Source: a virus
Taxonomy: Duplodnaviria; Caudoviricetes
Reading direction: 5' to 3' (one strand)
Virus record (IMG/VR): IMGVR_UViG_3300034682_000453
Location: 1 to 58,998 of that record
DNA: 58,998 nucleotides
The stretch's first letter is position 1. Each line of letters opens with the position of its first letter. The notes beneath the pieces are model-generated. The model was given only the letters and a program-made list of their open reading frames with translations, was not told where the DNA came from and did not search any database. Both the position numbers and the translations under genes were made by a program. Below, in pieces: positions 54,882-58,998 of the stretch.

Positions 54882-55118
54882 ATGAGCGATTCATCCAAAC
54901 AAAACGCCCTTCGCGCAATTATCCGGCAGATTAACGCTGATATTAACACTCAGCTTGCCGGAGTTGCGCCTGAGGACAGAATTAAACAAGAACACAAGAG
55001 TGTGATATTTAAAATATTCGACAAGAACAGAGAAACAATAAAGCTTCTTGGATTTAGTCACACTCAGTTTTTATATCAAATGAGTTTAATTAACGGTGTT
55101 ACAAAAGAGCGAGATTAA
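54882..55118 (+). CDS. Hypothetical protein (78 aa)
   Basis: AGGA RBS; in operon. Confidence 0.6.
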   Translation: MSDSSKQNALRAIIRQINADINTQLAGVAPEDRIKQEHKSVIFKIFDKNRETIKLLGFSHTQFLYQMSLINGVTKERD

Positions 55119-55120
55119 TT

Positions 55121-55450
55121 ATGACAATTCAACCAGAAGAAATCGTAAAGGATGAATATGGTTTTTATGAGCACTCTCAATATCCAGACTTCGGAGATTT
55201 AACTGAAGATGATATTGATGAGATTAATAATCAATGGAAGCAGTGGTTAGCTAATAATAATTTAGATTGGCAGTGCGTTCGTTTTGAAAGTGATGCTTCA
55301 GATGAGTTGATCAAAAATTGGTTTGAAAATGAATCAATGGATTGCTCTGCATGGAATCCAACACCACCAACTGAAAATTCATTTCTTCTTTCAATTCACG
55401 ATACAGAAGATGGCCCAATAGCAATATTCGCAATTCCGGTGGAGAAATAA
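55121..55450 (+). CDS. Acidic hypothetical phage protein (109 aa)
   Basis: DEYGFYEH...WNPTPP...FLLSIHDTEDGP pattern. Confidence 0.7.
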   Translation: MTIQPEEIVKDEYGFYEHSQYPDFGDLTEDDIDEINNQWKQWLANNNLDWQCVRFESDASDELIKNWFENESMDCSAWNPTPPTENSFLLSIHDTEDGPIAIFAIPVEK

Positions 55451-55452
55451 CA

Positions 55453-55806
55453 ATGGCAACTGAATCAGAGGTAACACTACCTGACGCATTGGCTTGGCTT
55501 AAATCACTATCTGGTGATTATGCGGCAAAGATTGATGAGTTTATTTGTGAAAAACAAACTTCCGAATTTAAAAAAGGTTTTTGGTGGGGGTTTGAGCGCG
55601 CAAGAGTAAATCCAGAAACAAATGATATTCAATCTGAATACTGTGATGTTTTGGCCTTAAAGAAAGCAAATGAAGATCATAAAAAAAGACTACTAGAAAT
55701 TTGCCGAGAAGTTAGCCGTGAACATTTAGCAAAAAATGAACATCAAACAGACTTGACGTTAAAAGTTGATAACCAAAAGTATGGTGCGCCTAAAGTTGGT
55801 GAGTGA
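55453..55806 (+). CDS. Hypothetical protein (117 aa)
   Basis: GGAG RBS; in operon. Confidence 0.6.
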   Translation: MATESEVTLPDALAWLKSLSGDYAAKIDEFICEKQTSEFKKGFWWGFERARVNPETNDIQSEYCDVLALKKANEDHKKRLLEICREVSREHLAKNEHQTDLTLKVDNQKYGAPKVGE

Positions 55807-55967
55807 TGACTTACCAAGAAGAAATGGATGCAGAACTAGAGTTCATCAAATCCCTAAATATAAGCAAAGACGAAAAAAAGCGCCTTATTAAAATTTTGGA
55901 AACTGCTGAATTTCTACGCAGAAAATTAAAAAGAATTAAGCTTAGACATGCTGAGCTTTTCGAATAA
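55806..55967 (+). CDS. Small protein (53 aa), not in the ORF track
   Basis: TGATG overlap; MTYQEEMDAELEFIKSLNISKDEKKRLIKIL... Confidence 0.55.
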   Translation: MTYQEEMDAELEFIKSLNISKDEKKRLIKILETAEFLRRKLKRIKLRHAELFE

Positions 55968-55976
55968 GGAACACCC

Positions 55977-56483
55977 ATGACACAGCGCGAAGAGTTAGAT
56001 GTTATAACAGTTGATGGTCAGCTATTGGACACAGGCGTGTTCGTAAAAAGCCTCCCTGAATATCTGGTTGTTTTGGGTCTATATCAAATGGCTGGCTGTA
56101 AAATATGGCCTTGGCACGAAGGATATAAAGAACCAAACGATGGAGATGAGAGATCGTTGTACGTCTATAAAGACGTTGGATTTTTCAAGGAAATTTACCC
56201 TGTTGCTGTAGGCGTTAAAGTTTTGACGATTCCTGAATTATTCGAGATCGTTACTGGCAAGCAAACCGCCAAATGGCAGGATGTGCCAGAATCAGTGACG
56301 CCTAAAGAAAGTATGGTTCCAATAAAAGATGACGATTTCATTCTGGTTCCTCGCGGAATCTTAGGCGCAGCATGTTCAGCTATCTACAAAAGAAGGGACG
56401 CACCAGTATTGCTTTCCAAGCTACGCGAACTTTCGATGTCTGAGGGCGCAATGCGGTCAGCTCCGGTTAAGGATGGTGCGTGA
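55977..56483 (+). CDS. Hypothetical protein (168 aa)
   Basis: AAGGA RBS; in operon. Confidence 0.6.
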   Translation: MTQREELDVITVDGQLLDTGVFVKSLPEYLVVLGLYQMAGCKIWPWHEGYKEPNDGDERSLYVYKDVGFFKEIYPVAVGVKVLTIPELFEIVTGKQTAKWQDVPESVTPKESMVPIKDDDFILVPRGILGAACSAIYKRRDAPVLLSKLRELSMSEGAMRSAPVKDGA

Positions 56484-56818
56484 TGAGCGAATTAAAACCA
56501 TGCCCATTTTGTGGAAGTGAGGCAAAACTTAGATATGAAACTTTGCTTGGCGGCTGGCTCGCTGGATGCTCTAGCGGTAACTGCGCAGCAAGCGGAAGGT
56601 TAAGTGGCGCTAAAGAAAAAACAATCGCATTTTGGAATTGCCGCCAACAAGACAAAGTAAAATCAGCTCAAGATGGATATACATTAATTTCAACTGAATT
56701 AATCGATAAGTTTCCTGAAATAAATATGAGCAATTACGGACAAGATGAGGTTGATGCTCTTAACTCATGGGGAATTGAAGTGGTAACTGCAGCCGCGCCA
56801 GTTAAGGATGGTGCGTGA
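56480..56818 (+). CDS. Lar-like restriction-alleviation Zn-ribbon protein
   Basis: ELKPCPFCG...C-x4-C...IAFWNCR. Confidence 0.75.
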   Translation: MMSELKPCPFCGSEAKLRYETLLGGWLAGCSSGNCAASGRLSGAKEKTIAFWNCRQQDKVKSAQDGYTLISTELIDKFPEINMSNYGQDEVDALNSWGIEVVTAAAPVKDGA

Positions 56819-57003
56819 TTACAGATAAAGCATCAACCGATAATAACCACTGTAAATGGTTCAAGTGCCCACGCTGCAATAATATTCAATTTTTTTATCC
56901 ATTCGCTGGTCAGCGAGTAACCTTTTGTGAAAGATGTGAGTCACATCATTACATTAATGGTGTTGCCATCTGTAATTCAGTTAATGAAGTAAGGAATTTA
57001 TAA
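56815..57003 (+). CDS. Small Zn-ribbon protein (62 aa)
   Basis: CPRC...CERC; GTGA overlap. Confidence 0.5.
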   Translation: MITDKASTDNNHCKWFKCPRCNNIQFFYPFAGQRVTFCERCESHHYINGVAICNSVNEVRNL

Positions 57004-57016
57004 TAGAGGATGTAGA

Positions 57017-57277
57017 ATGATTAAAACGCCAGTGTCTTGTGAGCTTATTGTAAATCAGGGTAAATTAACTATAGTTGACACCGATATTCTTGATGCAGAT
57101 GGAAAGTTAATAGCTATCGGCGGTCCATTATCAAATGAAATTGTAAAGAGAATTAACTTGCACGATGAGTTAGTTGATAAACTAAAGGACGTAGTGCTAT
57201 TTGTAATCACGTCATCAAAACAGCAGCTTGAAATAATGAAACTACTGGATAAATGCAAAGACACCCCACGCAGTTGA
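57017..57277 (+). CDS. Hypothetical protein (86 aa)
   Basis: GAGG RBS; EIVKRINLHDELVDKL motif. Confidence 0.65.
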   Translation: MIKTPVSCELIVNQGKLTIVDTDILDADGKLIAIGGPLSNEIVKRINLHDELVDKLKDVVLFVITSSKQQLEIMKLLDKCKDTPRS

Positions 57278-57520
57278 TCTATATCTCGCATGGCGCGCTG
57301 GATTTTTTTAATAATGCGCATCGGAGTTATTTTTTATGGCAGAAGATTTAATTTCTGTTGATTGGTAATTTAATTACTTAGTTTTAAATCTATTAATAAC
57401 ACCTCAGCATAAACTTAAACACACAAATAGGACAATTAATGGACGAAGAAGTATTCACTCTTCGTGAGACCGACCTGCACGCGACTTTAACAGTCAAATA
57501 AATCATAAGGAAATAAAATA

Positions 57521-57727
57521 ATGACGCCAACTAAGCGCCCTGCCAGCGAATACATTTTAGACACTGCCGAGGCTGCCGCCCGTATCCCCTGCGCTCCTGC
57601 AACCCTCAAGCGCTGGCGCCATACCGGTGCAAGAGTAATTCCGTATATCAAACCAGCCGGACGCTGTTTATATCATCCGGACGATATTGACGAGTTCAAA
57701 CTGCAAACCCTTGCCACTCATGCTTGA
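57521..57727 (+). CDS. xis: Excisionase / recombination directionality factor (winged HTH)
   Basis: LDTAEAAARI...TLKRWR...PYIK...YHPDDIDEF; adjacent to int. Confidence 0.75.
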   Translation: MTPTKRPASEYILDTAEAAARIPCAPATLKRWRHTGARVIPYIKPAGRCLYHPDDIDEFKLQTLATHA

Positions 57728-58998
57728 TTACCGGACAGTAGTTTCAGTAATCGCCCCCGTTCCTCTTCACTCAACCCCGCCACCATTCCCGCCAATTTAT
57801 CCGGTTGTTCCGCTCCGCCGTTGCTGGCTGACAGCATGGCGGTAGCGGCGGATTCCATTCCTATACGAACGCCACCTACCTGCAAGTGCGCGTAGGTGCT
57901 GGCGGTCACATTAATATTCTTATGCCCTAACATTTTTGAAATCATCAGCAGCGACTCCCCACCCATCGCCTGCCACGAACCCAGTGTCCGGCGCAAGTCA
58001 TGAATACATAACGTCTTGCTTTTCTCTTCGCTATACAACCCAGCCCGCTCAATAATCCGACTCCAAAACCCTGTTCCATCAGCAACAATGTGCCCGGTCT
58101 TGCTTATTTTTGACGGGAATACAAACCGCTCACCCGGCTCTCTGATGGTTAGTCTGCGTTGAAGGATCTCCATCAGAATGTCGATCAATGGCACAGAGTG
58201 TGCCGTTTTCCCTTTCATTTTTTTTGTAGGAATGCGCCACATCCTGTTAGTAATATCAATCTCATCCCACTCCATCGACAGGACGCAGGTTTTACGCTGA
58301 CCGGTAAACAGCAAGATCATGATCACGTCACGATAGATTGGCCGCTCCATAGAAATAGACTCGAAAAAGCGGGTCATTTCGTCAGGCTTCAAGATACGTT
58401 CGCGGGGTTTGATGCTTATTTGATGATGACGATCGAACGGGTTTTCCTTGGTGTACTCATTGGCGATGGCGTAGTTAATTAATGATTTACAAATTGCCAT
58501 GCCACGATTGTAAATTGCTGGACTTTTCTTTTTTAGTTCACCAGAAACCAGGATAGCGATTTTTGAATTAAGATCGACCAGTCTCTGCGTACCAATTAAC
58601 GGGCGTAGGTGTATGCGATAGACGCTCTGAATGCTGGCAATGCTGGTTGGTCTTCTCTCTCCCGCTTCAATGCGGAAGTTAAAGTTTCCCTGATAATCAG
58701 CAAACAATTCATTTACAGTCATGGTGCTGGTTTTTTCGTTGATGTCTTCCCCAGCCATGATCTTGTTCAGCAACTCTCTAGCTTTTACGCGAGCCTGATC
58801 AACCGTGAGTTCCGGAAACGGTCCGATACTGACGCGGGTTGTGCGCCCCTTGATTTTGCGTTGCAAGTGGAAGGATTTATGACCGGACGGCATAACGCGG
58901 AATATCAATCCCGGTTGTTCCGTGTCACCGAAGCGCTGCTCCGTGTCACCCGGCATGATTTCGCGCAAATTTGTCTTAGAAAATCGGAACTTATCCAT
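57718..58998 (-). CDS. int: Tyrosine integrase with arm-binding domain
   Basis: PGLIFRVMPSGHKSF arm-binding region; TGQR, HDLRRT, LGH and TYAH catalytic motifs. Confidence 0.95.
   Translation of the reverse strand: MDKFRFSKTNLREIMPGDTEQRFGDTEQPGLIFRVMPSGHKSFHLQRKIKGRTTRVSIGPFPELTVDQARVKARELLNKIMAGEDINEKTSTMTVNELFADYQGNFNFRIEAGERRPTSIASIQSVYRIHLRPLIGTQRLVDLNSKIAILVSGELKKKSPAIYNRGMAICKSLINYAIANEYTKENPFDRHHQISIKPRERILKPDEMTRFFESISMERPIYRDVIMILLFTGQRKTCVLSMEWDEIDITNRMWRIPTKKMKGKTAHSVPLIDILMEILQRRLTIREPGERFVFPSKISKTGHIVADGTGFWSRIIERAGLYSEEKSKTLCIHDLRRTLGSWQAMGGESLLMISKMLGHKNINVTASTYAHLQVGGVRIGMESAATAMLSASNGGAEQPDKLAGMVAGLSEEERGRLLKLLSGNQA

Larger units (their letters stand above)
1..58998. mobile_element. 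Temperate prophage, short-tailed lambdoid (933W-like gene order), apparently complete between terminal genes
   Basis: Integrase, xis, recombination, cI/cro switch, replication, Q, lysis, packaging, head, tail and ejection modules occur in canonical order with no obvious host housekeeping genes; att sites lie outside the window or were not recognised. Confidence 0.95.

Noticed and set aside
1-58998. attL/attR direct repeats
   Set aside because: The window ends exactly at gene boundaries and no terminal repeat was seen; the intact tRNA-Arg is internal and has no duplicated 3' fragment that I could find

Overview
The window is essentially one whole ~59 kb temperate prophage of a gammaproteobacterium. 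It is trimmed from a stop codon at base 1 to the integrase start codon at base 58998, so no att sites are visible. Its layout resembles short-tailed lambdoid phages of the 933W/Stx type, but no toxin gene was recognised. The minus strand carries cro, replication genes (O-like initiator with iterons, DnaB), a nin-like region, Q, lysis genes, terminase, portal, an N4-gp56-type capsid, tail genes, ejection proteins and a 3222-aa polyvalent protein. The plus strand carries cI, three exported proteins, a ~1.5 kb essentially non-coding pL leader, YqaJ/RecT, two DNA methyltransferases, many small early genes and xis; int faces xis from the minus strand. Two observations stand out. (1) The pL leader (45951-47460) is a tandem array of stem-closed structured RNA modules around a tRNA-Arg(UCU), punctuated by a repeated, covarying two-hairpin motif; it may be an undescribed phage ncRNA cassette system. 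(2) Four copies of a conserved sigma70 promoter / -10-like pause / immediate terminator unit sit in front of separate late modules, suggesting distributed Q-dependent antitermination. Also notable are a Tad2/DUF2829-like sponge, a tRNA-like element, GNAT-like and Hok-like morons, and a recurring gene-boundary motif. All protein family calls come from motif recognition and synteny by eye, not database searches.
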